Source: Planctomycetota bacterium (lineage in GTDB: Bacteria > Planctomycetota > B15-G4 > SIAN01). From it: a stretch of 64,000 bases of DNA. Of this stretch, positions 37,734 through 49,100 are shown piece after piece (position 1 is the stretch's first letter; every line of letters starts with the position of its first letter). The DNA lies in assembly GCA_031409275.1 (NCBI GenBank), contig JANNXA010000030.1, positions 11,507 through 75,506 on the forward strand, given 5' to 3'. The notes under the pieces are model-generated. The model was not told the DNA's origin, did no database searches, and saw only the letters and a list, made by a program, of their open reading frames with translations. Made by a program: the position numbers and the translations under genes.

Positions 37734-40700
37734 TCACGGCTGCAGCAGGCCGTAGTGGACGAGGTATCGCCACACGAAGTCGTTCAGGATCGGATCGCTC
37801 GCCATGCTTTGGTAGGTCGGCTCCGCCATGCTGCGGTTCATCTCGACACCGTAGCTGTAGGCGGTCTCGCTCGCCTTCCACTCGAGCAGCAGGTTGATGA
37901 TGCTCTGGTTGGCGTAAGCGCTCGTGCTGGGCTCATCGATGTAGTAACCGGGCGGTGCGCAAGAAGGCGGGTTGGGGTTGCCCCCGTCGCCTGCGAAGAC
38001 ATCGGTGATGTAGTAATCGCCGGTGTCGCGGTTGTGGTCATCGAGGATGCCGCGCCGCGCATAGTGATAGAGGTCGGGAGCGCGCTGGAGCAGGTTCGTC
38101 ACGAGCGGGTCGCCGGGCGCGTGGTGATCGCGGTAGTGGATGAAGCGATGGAATGCCTGCGCATTGCCGCGCAGGTCGGTCCACTGCTGTGACATGTACC
38201 CGTACAGCGCCTTGTCGGACGACTTGCCGGCAGCCCAGGTGATCATGTAGCCGTCGAGATTGGTCGCGCTGCCGACGGGGGTGCCGACCGGCGCCTGCCA
38301 ACCGAGCATGCCGGTGTCGACCCCGAAGCCGTTCGGCTGCTTGAACACCACATTCGCCCATTGGTACATGATCGTGCGCAACCACGCCTCGAGCTCCGCG
38401 TTCGGAGCGAGGTCGAGCGCAGCCATCGCGGCGGTGGTGACAGCGCTGTAGGTGCCGAGCACGAAGTTGCCGTACGGCTGCACGTTGGGCGAGATGGCGG
38501 GCGAGAGGATCGTCTCCGAGAGCGCCTTCGCCGAATCGAGGAGAGGAGTCTCTCCACGGGTGAACGCCCAGTCGGGCACGGCCTGGAAGAAGGTGTGCTT
38601 GCTGCCGTCGTACATGTCGGACTTGCGCGTGACCTGAGCATTCGCGTTGCGGACCTTCTGGCGATCCTCGAGCGCGCCGTCGTCGATGTTCCAAGCCATC
38701 TTGTCGGCTTTGTATTGCGCCTCGAAGAACGAGTGGAGGTAGGAGCCGCCGTGGCCCGTCCGTAGCCAGTGGTAGAAGCGGCGCGTCTCCTCCCAGTTGT
38801 TGTTGGCGCCGCCCGTCTCGCCGGCGAACCGAAAGACGGTTCGAATCGGGTCGGAAGCGTCGGGTTGGGTGGCGCGGATGCCAGCGAGGTTCTGGTAGGT
38901 CTTGAATTGCGCCTCGTCGACCAGCTTCCACGGCCAGACTTGGGACTGGTTGTAGGCGAACAGCGCGGCGCGCGCCGCGAGCGGGTAGTCGAACGTCGTC
39001 GCGACGGCGATCGGGTCGCTCGCCGGCGCCGACTCGAACGAGAGATAGAAGACCCGTGTCTCGGCGCTGGCGTAGGGCAGTGGATAGGAGTGCGGGTCAG
39101 AGGGGACCTTGCGAGGCAGGAGGCCCACCTCGATCGCGCCATCGCCGACGGCGGCGAGCCCGACCGGCCACGTGCGGCACGCATGCTCGATGCCGAAGAG
39201 GACTCCGCGACCGGACGCGGAAGAGGTGACCTCGAGGAACGACGGATCGGTCAGCTCGTTCTCCGCGGAGAACCAGCCGCTCGCGGCATCGCCGCAGTAT
39301 TCGGTGCTGCCGATCCGTTCACGAACGCCCTCGATCGCGAAGAGGTCGACACCGTTGCGCTGGATGAAGCCGAAGTACGCGGTCGAGTTGGAATCGGTCT
39401 GGAGCCGGTAGTCGCTGCGCGAGACGTAGCCGAGCCGGAACTCGGCGTCCTGACCGCTGCCGATCGCGCCGCCGTTCAGCGTCGTCGAGTCCCCACGCAG
39501 CGCGGGAGCGGGCATGCGGACGTCGAAGGGCCCCAGTTCGTTGAGCGTCGCCTGGTAGGTGAAACCGCGGAAGAGCAGGTGTTCGGGGAACTGCAGGCTC
39601 GTATCGCGCAACGACGCCGTGACTCGCAGCTCCGATTCGCCCTGGTTGGCCTCGACGTAGAAGCGCACGTAGATGCGGTCGGCGTCGGTCGGCGATGCGG
39701 TGCGCGTGAAGGAACCGTCGATCTCGACCTCGGCGCGGACCGGCCCGTTGCGGCGCGTGGTCACTTTGCTCTTGTGCCACGTCCACTCGGCATCGGCCGC
39801 GTCCCAGAAGTGCGGGCGATTGCCTGCGGCGGTCGAGAGGAGGTCGAGGCCGCCTGCGCGGATCGACTGGAAGAGATCATCGACGGTGGAGTCGATCGTG
39901 ACCGTCATCGCGCCGGTGTCGATCGTGGTGAGCGTGCCGTCGGTGGACGCGATCCACGCACCGCCAAAACTCCCGGAGCCCTTGTCGACCTGGACGGTGT
40001 TGTCCGTGGCGCCCGCCGCAAGGCTGGCGAGGTACTCGCACAAGACCCACTTGCAGCTGCCGTCGTCCCACCTGGCGAGCGTCGAGAACTGACCCGCGGT
40101 CGCGCCTCCCGTGAGCGTCAGGTTCGGCACGCCGAAGCCGTTCTCGAACACCTGGCCTGGAGGCAACGGAACGCCGACGCGAACCGGTTGCGCAACCACG
40201 TCGATCCCGGCGCGGCCCGGCCGCAGCACCTCCTGCGTGGTCAGCGGAATCGGAAAGACGATCGAACTGGATGGCGGAGTGGTCAACGCCTCGTCGGGAT
40301 GGCACTCGACCAGGGACGTGAGTCGACCACCGCGCGGCGTCGACAGGTAGCCCTGGATGTAGGTGATTCCGTTCCAGCGGCTGCCGTCGACGATGCCTTG
40401 GTACGTCGTGCCGCTGACGCTGATGATCTCGCACGAGTTGAGGTCGATGCCGAAGTAGCCCGGCGTCGTGGGATCGGGATGCGTCGCGACGACGATTCGG
40501 TCGGAGAGGTAGAGCGTGACCTCGGTCGCGTCCGACGGAGCGTTCATGAACTCGACGGTGAACGACTGATCGTCGGCGAACTGATCGATCTCGAGGTACA
40601 TCGGCCGCTCGCCATTGACGAACGAGCCCATTGAAACGGTCGACGGCGTGGTGCCGCCGCTGCCGCCCCCTCCCGAACCGCCACCCCCACCGCCGCCATC

Positions 40701-40805
40701 GCCGCAGTCGATGGGCGGCAGGACCCCGGTGGCGAGATCGCCCGCGGAACCACCGCCACCGCACGCGGGGACAAGCAAGGCAAGGAGGAAGAGGGGCGTC
40801 CGCAT
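37734..40805 (-). CDS. Large lipoprotein with YetA/PcRGLX-like N-terminal domains (putative polysaccharide-active enzyme)
   Basis: Lipobox LVPAC and Gly-rich linker; PVRVGVPLPPG...QFSTLARWDDGSCKWVL; IDTG and GPVRAEV segments. Function uncertain. Confidence 0.55.
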   Translation of the reverse strand: MRTPLFLLALLVPACGGGGSAGDLATGVLPPIDCGDGGGGGGGSGGGGSGGTTPSTVSMGSFVNGERPMYLEIDQFADDQSFTVEFMNAPSDATEVTLYLSDRIVVATHPDPTTPGYFGIDLNSCEIISVSGTTYQGIVDGSRWNGITYIQGYLSTPRGGRLTSLVECHPDEALTTPPSSSIVFPIPLTTQEVLRPGRAGIDVVAQPVRVGVPLPPGQVFENGFGVPNLTLTGGATAGQFSTLARWDDGSCKWVLCEYLASLAAGATDNTVQVDKGSGSFGGAWIASTDGTLTTIDTGAMTVTIDSTVDDLFQSIRAGGLDLLSTAAGNRPHFWDAADAEWTWHKSKVTTRRNGPVRAEVEIDGSFTRTASPTDADRIYVRFYVEANQGESELRVTASLRDTSLQFPEHLLFRGFTYQATLNELGPFDVRMPAPALRGDSTTLNGGAIGSGQDAEFRLGYVSRSDYRLQTDSNSTAYFGFIQRNGVDLFAIEGVRERIGSTEYCGDAASGWFSAENELTDPSFLEVTSSASGRGVLFGIEHACRTWPVGLAAVGDGAIEVGLLPRKVPSDPHSYPLPYASAETRVFYLSFESAPASDPIAVATTFDYPLAARAALFAYNQSQVWPWKLVDEAQFKTYQNLAGIRATQPDASDPIRTVFRFAGETGGANNNWEETRRFYHWLRTGHGGSYLHSFFEAQYKADKMAWNIDDGALEDRQKVRNANAQVTRKSDMYDGSKHTFFQAVPDWAFTRGETPLLDSAKALSETILSPAISPNVQPYGNFVLGTYSAVTTAAMAALDLAPNAELEAWLRTIMYQWANVVFKQPNGFGVDTGMLGWQAPVGTPVGSATNLDGYMITWAAGKSSDKALYGYMSQQWTDLRGNAQAFHRFIHYRDHHAPGDPLVTNLLQRAPDLYHYARRGILDDHNRDTGDYYITDVFAGDGGNPNPPSCAPPGYYIDEPSTSAYANQSIINLLLEWKASETAYSYGVEMNRSMAEPTYQSMASDPILNDFVWRYLVHYGLLQP

Positions 40806-40929
40806 CAGCTCGAATCTAGCTCAAGTCCGCGCGTGGCGCCTGTCGCTCGACGTCGTTCCACGCGGCCAGGCCGCCTTTTTCGTGTGGAAACGATTGCGCT
40901 CGTCGCCGCCGCGGAGTCGGCGGCACGAG

Positions 40930-41043
40930 TCACTGCGGCCGTTTGGGGATCCGCAGCGCCTTCAAGCGCGAGGCGAGTGTGGTGGGCGGCATGCCGAGCA
41001 GCACCGCGGCGCCGCGCGGACCGAAGACGCCCCCGGTACCGGC
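40930..41043 (-). pseudogene. C-terminal remnant of an FhlA/HyfR-type sigma-54 activator (Fis HTH)
   Basis: GGVFGPRGAAVLLGMPPTTLASRLKALRI matches that family's HTH tail; no AAA+ domain upstream. Confidence 0.6.
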
Positions 41044-41341
41044 AAGTCGGGCGATCTGCCGCCGCGACCCGAACGCGCTCCGGCGTGGCGAAGCGCGCCG
41101 ATCGATCGCTTGAAGGGGCTGAAGCTCACGCTCGCGATCGAGCAGTACGCGCAGGCGTACGCCGACGTCCTCGAGAAGGGAGTCGCCTCTCGCACCCCTG
41201 GTGCTGGCCATCAGCTGCGAGCGCTGCGCGTCCTCGCGCAGCGCTCGCCAGCTGCATGGCCCGGGAGGACCGCCGCGCGCCGCGCGGTCGGTCCGGCACG
41301 CGCGTTCAGCTGCGGGCCTTGCGCCCGTCAGCTGCAACGCG

Positions 41342-42901
41342 TCAATCGACCGTTCGCCAACTGCGGCCATCGCGAGTCAACAACTCGTCCGCCTCCTTCG
41401 GCCCGGCGCTGCCCGCGGCGTAGTTCGGGAAGCTGCGCGGCGGCAGCGATTGCCAGACGTCGAGCATCGGCGCGACCACCTTCCACGCCGCCTCGACCAT
41501 GTCGGCACGCTGGAAGAGCGTCGCATCGCCAGCCATCGCGTCGTACAGCAGGCGCTCGTAGCCCGTCGACGGCGTCGAGCCGAAATGGTCGGCGTACTTG
41601 AAGTCCATCTGCACGCTGCCGAGGCGCACGGTCGCGCCCGGCATCTTGGCGCCGAACACCAGCGAGATGCCCTCGTTGGGTTGCACCGTGATGATCAGCT
41701 GGTTGGGCGTCAGCTTCTCGACCGGCGTATCGCGGAACAGCGTGAATGGCGGCCGCTTGAAGGTGATCGCGATCTCGGTGTAGCGCTTCGCCATCGCCTT
41801 GCCGACGCGCAAGTAGAACGGCACGTTGGTCCAGCGCCAGTTGTCGATGTTGAGCTTCATCGCCACGTAGGTCTCGGTGCGCGAATCGGGGCGCACCTTG
41901 GGCGTCGAGCGGTAGGCGGGGATCTTCTTGCTGCCGCTCTGCCCTTCGCCGTATTGGCCGCGCACCGTGCGCGCCAGCACCTCTTCGGGCGACATCGGCT
42001 GCATCGCGCGCAGCACCTTGGTCTGCTCGTCGCGAACCGCGTCCGCCTCGAAGCTGATCGGCGGCTCCATCGCCACCAGCGAGATCAGCTGGAAGATGTG
42101 GTTCGGGACCATGTCGCGCAGCGCGCCGCTCTTGTCGTAGTAGTCGCCGCGCGTCTCGACGCCGACCGTCTCCGCCACCGTGATCTGGACGTGGTCGACG
42201 TAGCGACGATTCCAGATCGGCTCGAAGATCCCGTTCGCGAAGCGGAACATCATCAGGTTCTGGACCGTCTCTTTCCCGAGGTAGTGATCGATGCGGTAGA
42301 TCTGCCGCTCGTCGAGCAGCCGACGCAGCTCCGCGTTCAGCGCGCGCGCCGATTCGTAGTCGCGGCCGAACGGCTTCTCCACGATCACGCGCCGCCAGCG
42401 GCCTTCGGTCTCCTGCGTCAGGCCGGCCGCGGAGAGCTTGGCGACCACCTCGCCGAAGAACTCCGGCGCGGTCGCCATGTAGAAGAGCGCGTTGCCGCGC
42501 GTGTTGCGTTCCTTCTCGACGCGCGCCAGCACCGCCGCCAGCTTCTGGAAGGCGTCGCCCTCGTTGAAGTCGGCCTGGCAGTAGTAGACGCGTTCCTTGA
42601 GCCAGCCCCACTGCTCGGGCGTGAGCTCGCTGGTCGCGAACTCGCGCATGTCCGCTTCGAGCTTGGTGCGGTAGCCCTCGTCGCCGATCGCCTGGCGGGC
42701 GAAGCCGATGACCGCGAAGTCATCGGACAGCAGCCGTTCGCGCACGAGGTTGTAGAGCGCCGGGATGAGCTTGCGCTTGGTGAGGTCGCCGCCGGCACCG
42801 AAGATCACCAGCGCGCATGGCCCGACCGGCTTGCCCGATGCGATCGGTTCCACGGCGTTCGTCCTCGCAGCAGTGCCCAAGGTCCCGATGGGATCCGTCA
42901 C
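41342..42901 (-). CDS. zwf: Glucose-6-phosphate 1-dehydrogenase
   Basis: [32 protein letters not shown] and YERLL motifs. Confidence 0.97.
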   Translation of the reverse strand: MTDPIGTLGTAARTNAVEPIASGKPVGPCALVIFGAGGDLTKRKLIPALYNLVRERLLSDDFAVIGFARQAIGDEGYRTKLEADMREFATSELTPEQWGWLKERVYYCQADFNEGDAFQKLAAVLARVEKERNTRGNALFYMATAPEFFGEVVAKLSAAGLTQETEGRWRRVIVEKPFGRDYESARALNAELRRLLDERQIYRIDHYLGKETVQNLMMFRFANGIFEPIWNRRYVDHVQITVAETVGVETRGDYYDKSGALRDMVPNHIFQLISLVAMEPPISFEADAVRDEQTKVLRAMQPMSPEEVLARTVRGQYGEGQSGSKKIPAYRSTPKVRPDSRTETYVAMKLNIDNWRWTNVPFYLRVGKAMAKRYTEIAITFKRPPFTLFRDTPVEKLTPNQLIITVQPNEGISLVFGAKMPGATVRLGSVQMDFKYADHFGSTPSTGYERLLYDAMAGDATLFQRADMVEAAWKVVAPMLDVWQSLPPRSFPNYAAGSAGPKEADELLTRDGRSWRTVD

Positions 42902-45786
42902 GAGAGCGCCTCCGTCACCGCGTCGGCCAGCTTCTTCAATCCGCTGGCCACATCGCTGCCGAGATGGACGCGCAACGCGCGTCGTCCTCGCTCGGCCAGC
43001 ACTTCGAAGTCACCGCGCGCCTGCGCCGCCTTGACGATCCCGAAGCTGTACTTCGCCCCGGGCACCGCCGCGTCGCGCGCATCGTCGCAGGTGATCTGCA
43101 CGAAGACTCCCGAGTTCGGCCCGCCCTTGTAGGCCTGTCCAGTCGAGTGCAGGAAGCGCGGGCCGAAACCCATCACGGTGGCGACGCGCTTCGCGTTCCT
43201 CACCTCGTGGCGCATCCGCTGGATCAGCGACTCGTGGGTCGCGGTCATGTCGACGTAGGCGAGGAAGCCGGCGTAGTCGCCCGGCTGCAGGCGCGCAACG
43301 TGCGCGCGCAGGAGCTTGGCGAGCGTCGCGCCGCCGCCCGCGGCCTGCTGCAGCGCGGCCGCGTTCTTCGCGTCGGCGAAGAGCTTGATGCCATCGCCGT
43401 TCCAGAAAGGCGTCTCCGCGGGCAGCGCGCCGCTCTGCTCGAACGCCGAGGTGATCTTCTTGGTCGCGATCTTGCTCGCTTCGACGTCCGGCTGATCGAA
43501 CGGATGGATGCCGAGCACCGATCCCGCCACCGCCGTCGCGACTTCGAGCACGAACATCTCGCCGGCGAGGTCGTAGCGGTCCGCGAGCGGGATGCGGATC
43601 ACCGGATGGCCCGCCGCCGCCAGCGCGGTCAGCGCTTCGCTCGTGCGTGGGTCGACCTGACCTGGCAGTTCGAAGCTGAGGAAGACCCGGTCGCTGCCGT
43701 ACTTCTCGGGACCGCCGAGGCACTCGCGATCGACCGGGATCAGCCCCTTGCCGACCTTGCCGGTCGACTCGGCGACGAGCTGCTCGATCCAGGCGCCGAA
43801 GTCGGCGATGCCCTGCGAAGTGACGACCGTCAGCTTGTCGCGTCCGAACTTCGCCGCGGCGCCGAGGACGAGTCCGAGGTGGACGCCGGGGTTGTCGCGG
43901 ATGGACGAAGCCATGCACGCCTGCTTCATCGCCGCGGCGCGCTCGAGCAGCTTGGCGACATCGAGGCCCATCGCCGCCGCCGGAACGAGGCCGAAGTCGG
44001 AGAGCGCCGAGTAGCGGCCGCCCACGCTCTTCACGCCGTGGAAGATGCGGCGGAAGCCGTCGGCCTGCGCGACCTTCTCCATGTTGGAACCGGGATCGGT
44101 CACCGTGATGAAGCGGCGACCTGCTTCCTTCGCGCCGACGACCTGCTTCACGCGCTCGAAGAACCACGCCTTGAAGATGTTGGGCTCGAGCGTGCTGCCC
44201 GACTTGCTGGAGACGCAGAAGAGCGTGCGCGTCAGGTTGATGCGCCGTTCGGTCGCGTGGAGCTGCGCGGGGTCGGTGGAATCGAGCACGACCATCTGCG
44301 GCATGCCCGGCTGCGGCCCGAACGTCTCGGCCCACACTTCCGGGCAAAGGCTCGAGCCGCCCATGCCGAGCAGGCAGACGTGGGTGAAGCCCGCTTCCTT
44401 CACGTCCTTCGCGAGGTCGGTGAACTTCGCGAGCTGCTTCCGCTGCTCGTCGACGATCGTCAGCCAGCCGGTCCAGCTCGCCTCGTCGCCGCCGCTCCAG
44501 AGCTTCGCATCGGAAGCCCACAGTCGCGCGACCTTGCCACCCGCGGTCCAGTCGGCCAGCAGCTTGGCGAACTCGCCCTCGATCGCGGCCGGCAGGCGCA
44601 CCGAGACCAGCGCGCTGCTGCCGTTGCTCGGCTCGACCGGCGTGCCGCCGTGCTTCGCCACGGCAGCGAGCAGCTTGTCGAACGCGTCCTTGAAGATCTT
44701 CACGCCATCGGCCAGCAGCGCGTCGGTCGCGCTCTTCAACGAGACGCCGCACTTGGCGAGTTCGGCAAGCGTGCGCGTGGCACCCTCGAGATCGGCGGTG
44801 AGCGTCGGCTGCACGACGCCGTGATCCTTGAACGCCTCGTAGGTCGCCGGCGGAATCGTCTCCACCGTCTCGACGCCGATCAGCCCCTCGACGTAGACGA
44901 CGTCGCGGTACTTCGGGTTCTTGGTGCTCGTCGAGGCCCACAGCAGGCGCTGCGGCTGCGCGCCCTTCGCCGCCAAGGCAGCCCAGCGCGGCCCGCTCTT
45001 CAATGCGCGGTAGTGCTGATAGGCGAGCTTCGCGTTCGCGATCGCCACCTTGCCCAGCAGCGCTTCGATGCGCGCCTTCTCGGCGGGGGTCGCCGCCTTC
45101 TTCGCCAGCTCTTCGAGCTTGCCGTCGATCAGCGAATCGATGCGGCTGATGAAGAAGCTGGCCACCGACGCGACGCGGCCTGGATCGCCGCCCTTGGCGA
45201 CGAACTGCTCGATCCCGGCGAGCCACGCGTCCGCGACCGCTTCGTAGGCGTCGACGCTGAACAGCAGCGTGATGTTGACGTTGATGCCTTCGGCCAGCAG
45301 CTCACGCACGGCCGGAATGCACGGCGGTGTCGCCGGCACCTTGATCATCAGGTTCGCGCGATCGACCGACCTCCACAGGCGACGCGCCTCGGCCAGCGTG
45401 CCGACGCGATCGAATGCGAGTTCGGGTGAGACCTCGAGGCTGACGTAGCCGTCGAGGCGCTTGGTGGCTTCGTACACCGGCTTCAGCAGGTCGCATGCGG
45501 CCTGGATGTCGGCGATGGCGAGGCGCTCGAAGACCGCTTTCGGATCGCGCGCGCACTCGGCGCCCGCCGCCGCGAGGTCCTTGCTGTAGTCCTTCGAGCC
45601 CGCGATCGCCTTCTCGAAGATCGCCGGGTTGCTGGTCATCCCGCGCAGACCGTCGCTGGCGATCATTCGCGCGAGCGAGCCGTCCTCGAGCATGCTGCGC
45701 TGGATGAAGTCGAGCCACACCGACTGACCGGCCGCGTTCAACTGGGCGAGACGCGCGGACGTCGACGAAGAGGTGGTGGAGTTCAT
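42898..45786 (-). CDS. tal-pgi: Bifunctional transaldolase / phosphoglucose isomerase
   Basis: QSVWLD, TSNPAIF, IKVPAT and LLWASTSTK (Tal) fused to [28 protein letters not shown] and FDQPDVE (Pgi). Confidence 0.95.
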   Translation of the reverse strand: MNSTTSSSTSARLAQLNAAGQSVWLDFIQRSMLEDGSLARMIASDGLRGMTSNPAIFEKAIAGSKDYSKDLAAAGAECARDPKAVFERLAIADIQAACDLLKPVYEATKRLDGYVSLEVSPELAFDRVGTLAEARRLWRSVDRANLMIKVPATPPCIPAVRELLAEGINVNITLLFSVDAYEAVADAWLAGIEQFVAKGGDPGRVASVASFFISRIDSLIDGKLEELAKKAATPAEKARIEALLGKVAIANAKLAYQHYRALKSGPRWAALAAKGAQPQRLLWASTSTKNPKYRDVVYVEGLIGVETVETIPPATYEAFKDHGVVQPTLTADLEGATRTLAELAKCGVSLKSATDALLADGVKIFKDAFDKLLAAVAKHGGTPVEPSNGSSALVSVRLPAAIEGEFAKLLADWTAGGKVARLWASDAKLWSGGDEASWTGWLTIVDEQRKQLAKFTDLAKDVKEAGFTHVCLLGMGGSSLCPEVWAETFGPQPGMPQMVVLDSTDPAQLHATERRINLTRTLFCVSSKSGSTLEPNIFKAWFFERVKQVVGAKEAGRRFITVTDPGSNMEKVAQADGFRRIFHGVKSVGGRYSALSDFGLVPAAAMGLDVAKLLERAAAMKQACMASSIRDNPGVHLGLVLGAAAKFGRDKLTVVTSQGIADFGAWIEQLVAESTGKVGKGLIPVDRECLGGPEKYGSDRVFLSFELPGQVDPRTSEALTALAAAGHPVIRIPLADRYDLAGEMFVLEVATAVAGSVLGIHPFDQPDVEASKIATKKITSAFEQSGALPAETPFWNGDGIKLFADAKNAAALQQAAGGGATLAKLLRAHVARLQPGDYAGFLAYVDMTATHESLIQRMRHEVRNAKRVATVMGFGPRFLHSTGQAYKGGPNSGVFVQITCDDARDAAVPGAKYSFGIVKAAQARGDFEVLAERGRRALRVHLGSDVASGLKKLADAVTEALS

Positions 45787-46086
45787 CAAGCGGCTTCCTT
45801 GCTCGGGGCACGGCACGGCGCGCCGGACCGGACGACCCGGCGGCAACCGTTGCGGCAGTATCGGCGGCGATCGGAAAGAACTTCAGGTTCGCCGCCTCGG
45901 CGAGATGTGGCCGGGTCGGATGCCGGCGTCGCGATCGGCGTGTCAGAGGCCACCGATTCCCCCGTAGGTGCCCTGACGAGCCGGGGTGGAAAGCCCGAAG
46001 TGGGCTGGGCGTGGTTCCCGGCAAGTGCAGTCGGCGATGGATCGGAAAACGACCCCATGCTGGGGAACGAGCGAACGAAAACCGCA

Positions 46087-46103
46087 CGGGCCCCTGCTTT
46101 GCC
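46087..46103 (+). promoter_or_regulatory. Possible sigma-54 (-24/-12) promoter for the cytochrome operon
   Basis: GG(46089-90)-N10-GC(46101-02) in gGGCcCctgctTTGC, about 70 nt upstream of ATG 46173. Confidence 0.35.
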
Positions 46104-46172
46104 TTCCGCCCTCTGCCGCCGGCCTCGGACAGCGATCGAGCTGCCCGCCGCTGGATCTCGGAGGGAATCACG

Positions 46173-49100
46173 ATGACCGCTGTTCTTTCGCCCCTGCGGC
46201 CGGTTCTTCCCGGACGCCGCTCGCTGCTGCTGCTCTGCCTGATCGCGGCCGCCTGCGCCGGCGATGACGGCAAGGACGGAGTCGACGGCTCCACTCCAAC
46301 GACGCCGCTCAGTCGCGTTCTGACCAAGTGGGAAGACGGGCCGGGCGTGAACCTCGAGATCACCGGGGTCTCCGGCGCGACAGGGCCCTCGAACAGCTTC
46401 GTTCCGGGCGACCGCATCGCGGTCACCTTCACCGCGAAGCGCAACGACGGCAGCAACTGGGGGCTCGACGAGCTCGACCACGGGCACATCCTCGTTTCGG
46501 GCCCGACCTTCAACTACCAGCCGGTGATCGCCGAGCAGACGGACCTCTTCACGGCATCGATCGACAACGGCGACGGCACCTACACCTACAAGTTCGCGAC
46601 AGCGATCCCGTCGACCTATCTCGAGCCGGCCAACGACTCCTCCGCGTTCGGTCCCCTCGACGGCGAGCTGCAGGGCGATCCGCTGCTGGCCGGCACCTAC
46701 ACGATCGGCATGTTCGGCCGCTGGGAGTACACGGTCGACGGCGCGACATTCAAGGAGGTCGGGCAGGCGACGCGCGACGTCTTGTTTGGCGGCGAGACGA
46801 CCACCACCGCCCGCGAAGTGGTGAAGACCGACAACTGCAACCAGTGCCATGTCGCGCTGCAGGCCCACGACGGCGAGATCCGCAGCGCGCAGCTCTGCGT
46901 GCTTTGCCACACCTCGGGAGCCGAGGACACCAGCGGCAACGGTGTCTCGATCGATTTCCGCGTGATGATCCACAAGCTGCATGACGGCGCCCACCTGCCT
47001 TCGGTACTCGGTGTGGCAACCAACAGCGACGGCTCGCGCAACTACGCCGCGACCAAGGTCCCCTACGAGATCACCGACGACGAGGGCGAGGTTACGGACT
47101 TCTCCGACGTCGCCTTCCCGGTCTGGCCGAACCTCAACACGCCGATGCCGCGCGACTTCGGCTATTCGGCCCGGTCGTCGACGGAGAAGACGCTCGAAGC
47201 GACGATGCTCCAGGGCGCGACGCAGTGCTCGAAGTGCCACGGCGATCCCGACGACTCGGGCCTGCTGACCGGTCCGCTGACGGCGCCGGCGCAGGGCGGC
47301 CTCGCCTTCTCGCAGCCCTCTCGACGTGCGTGCGGCAGCTGCCATGACGACATCGACTGGACGCTGCCCTACGTCGCGAACCAGTTGCAGATGGATCCGC
47401 AAAGCGACGACTCGTCGTGCCTGCCGTGCCACGCGCCGAGCGGCGTTGCGGGCGTCGGCCTGCCTCTCTCGACCGCGGCCGCGCACCTCCATCCGCTGAA
47501 CGACGCCACCATCAACCCGGGCGTGAACTTCACCATCACCAGCGTCAGCGGAGCGAGCGGACCGGGCGGGAACTTCGCCAACGGCGACAAGCCGCGCATC
47601 GAGTTCACCGTCACCGACGACGACGACAACGACGTGCCGCTGCAGACGCTCGATGGCACCAGCACGCTGCTGGTCGGCCCAACCGCCAACTACCAGCACG
47701 TCTTCCCGTTTGCGAGCCCCAACGGCGCTTCGAGCGCGCTGCCGGTCGACTTCGCCGGTCGCTTGCAATCGTCGAGCACCACGAACAAGGGGACGATGAG
47801 CAAGCTCGTCGGCGCCACCGATTCCGAGACGCTCATCGTCCAGTTCACCCCGTCGTCGACGGCGTTCACCGTCACCGGCACCAACAGCGGCTTGCTCGGC
47901 AGCGGAACGCTCGCGGCCGCGACCAGCACCAACTCCGACAGGTCCTCGATCAGCAGCGTGGAGCTCGCGCCCGGCGCCGTGGCTGAGACGATCACGGTGC
48001 TCTTCACCAACCCGACCGCCAGCAGCACGACGTTCGCGGTCACGGGCTCGGTCAGCGGCGCGATGGGCAGCGGGACGATGCCCGCGTTCATCAACGCGTC
48101 GACCCTCTTCACCTCGAATGACGGCAAGGTGTCGTTCATCGTCTCGAGCGGCGCGAACGCGTTCGCGTCCAATCAGACGATCCACCTCACGATCTTCCGC
48201 GGTGGCGGCGCCAACCCGGTGCTCTTCGCCATCGTGGTCGGCCGCACTTCGTTCGCGATCAACGACCGCATTTACTACGACACGGTCGCGGATGACTCGT
48301 CGTACGAGTTCGCGCTGCCGATGGATCTGCCCAACGAATTCCTCGGCGACGGCAACGGCAGCATCGGGCAGGTCCTGACCGCGGCCAACGTGCCGGTCTA
48401 CTACGGACGCCAGGTGCTCTCGGAACGCATCGCGCTCGATGCTTCCGGGCCGACGACCCTGATCGCCGCTTCGACCGAGCGCGCCCGCTACGTCGACGTC
48501 GCAGCAATCGACAGCGACCTTGCGAACGGCGACAACGTGGTGATCGACGACGGGATCGCCAGCTTCGAGGAGTACGCGCAGGTCGGCTACATCGACAGCG
48601 CGAAGAAGCGCCTCTGGTTCCGCACTCCGCTGCGCTTCAGCCATGCCGCGACGACCGGCACCGTGCAGGAGGTGACGCTCAGCTTCCGGCAGGAGGGCGT
48701 GAACTACACGCTCGATCCGGCCACCGGCACCATCACGTCGCTCGCCGCCTTCACCACCGGCAACGCCATCGTGATGAACTACCGCACGGACGGAGCCTTC
48801 GGTTGGTATCGCCGCGCCGGCGACGCGCTGCAGGCGGTCTACGTCCCGCCCATCAACGACTCGCCCGACCTCGACTCGAGCTGGGGCGAATGGTCGGGGC
48901 TGACCTACCTGAGCGGCACCTACAGCGCCTCGATCTGGGGCCGCAAGAACAAGATCCTCGGCCTGCAGAACGAGGTGCAGACCTACAACGGCATCGGCGA
49001 AGCATCGGTCGCCTCGCTCCTCTACGGCAGCGCGGCCGCTGAAGAGCCGCACGCGCTGGTCTCGAGCGGCGCGAACTGCGAGAGCTGCCACACGATGGTC

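Noticed and set aside
45973..46010. CTGACGA...GAAA resembling a hammerhead ribozyme core
   Set aside because: I could not form the required stems around the core nucleotides.
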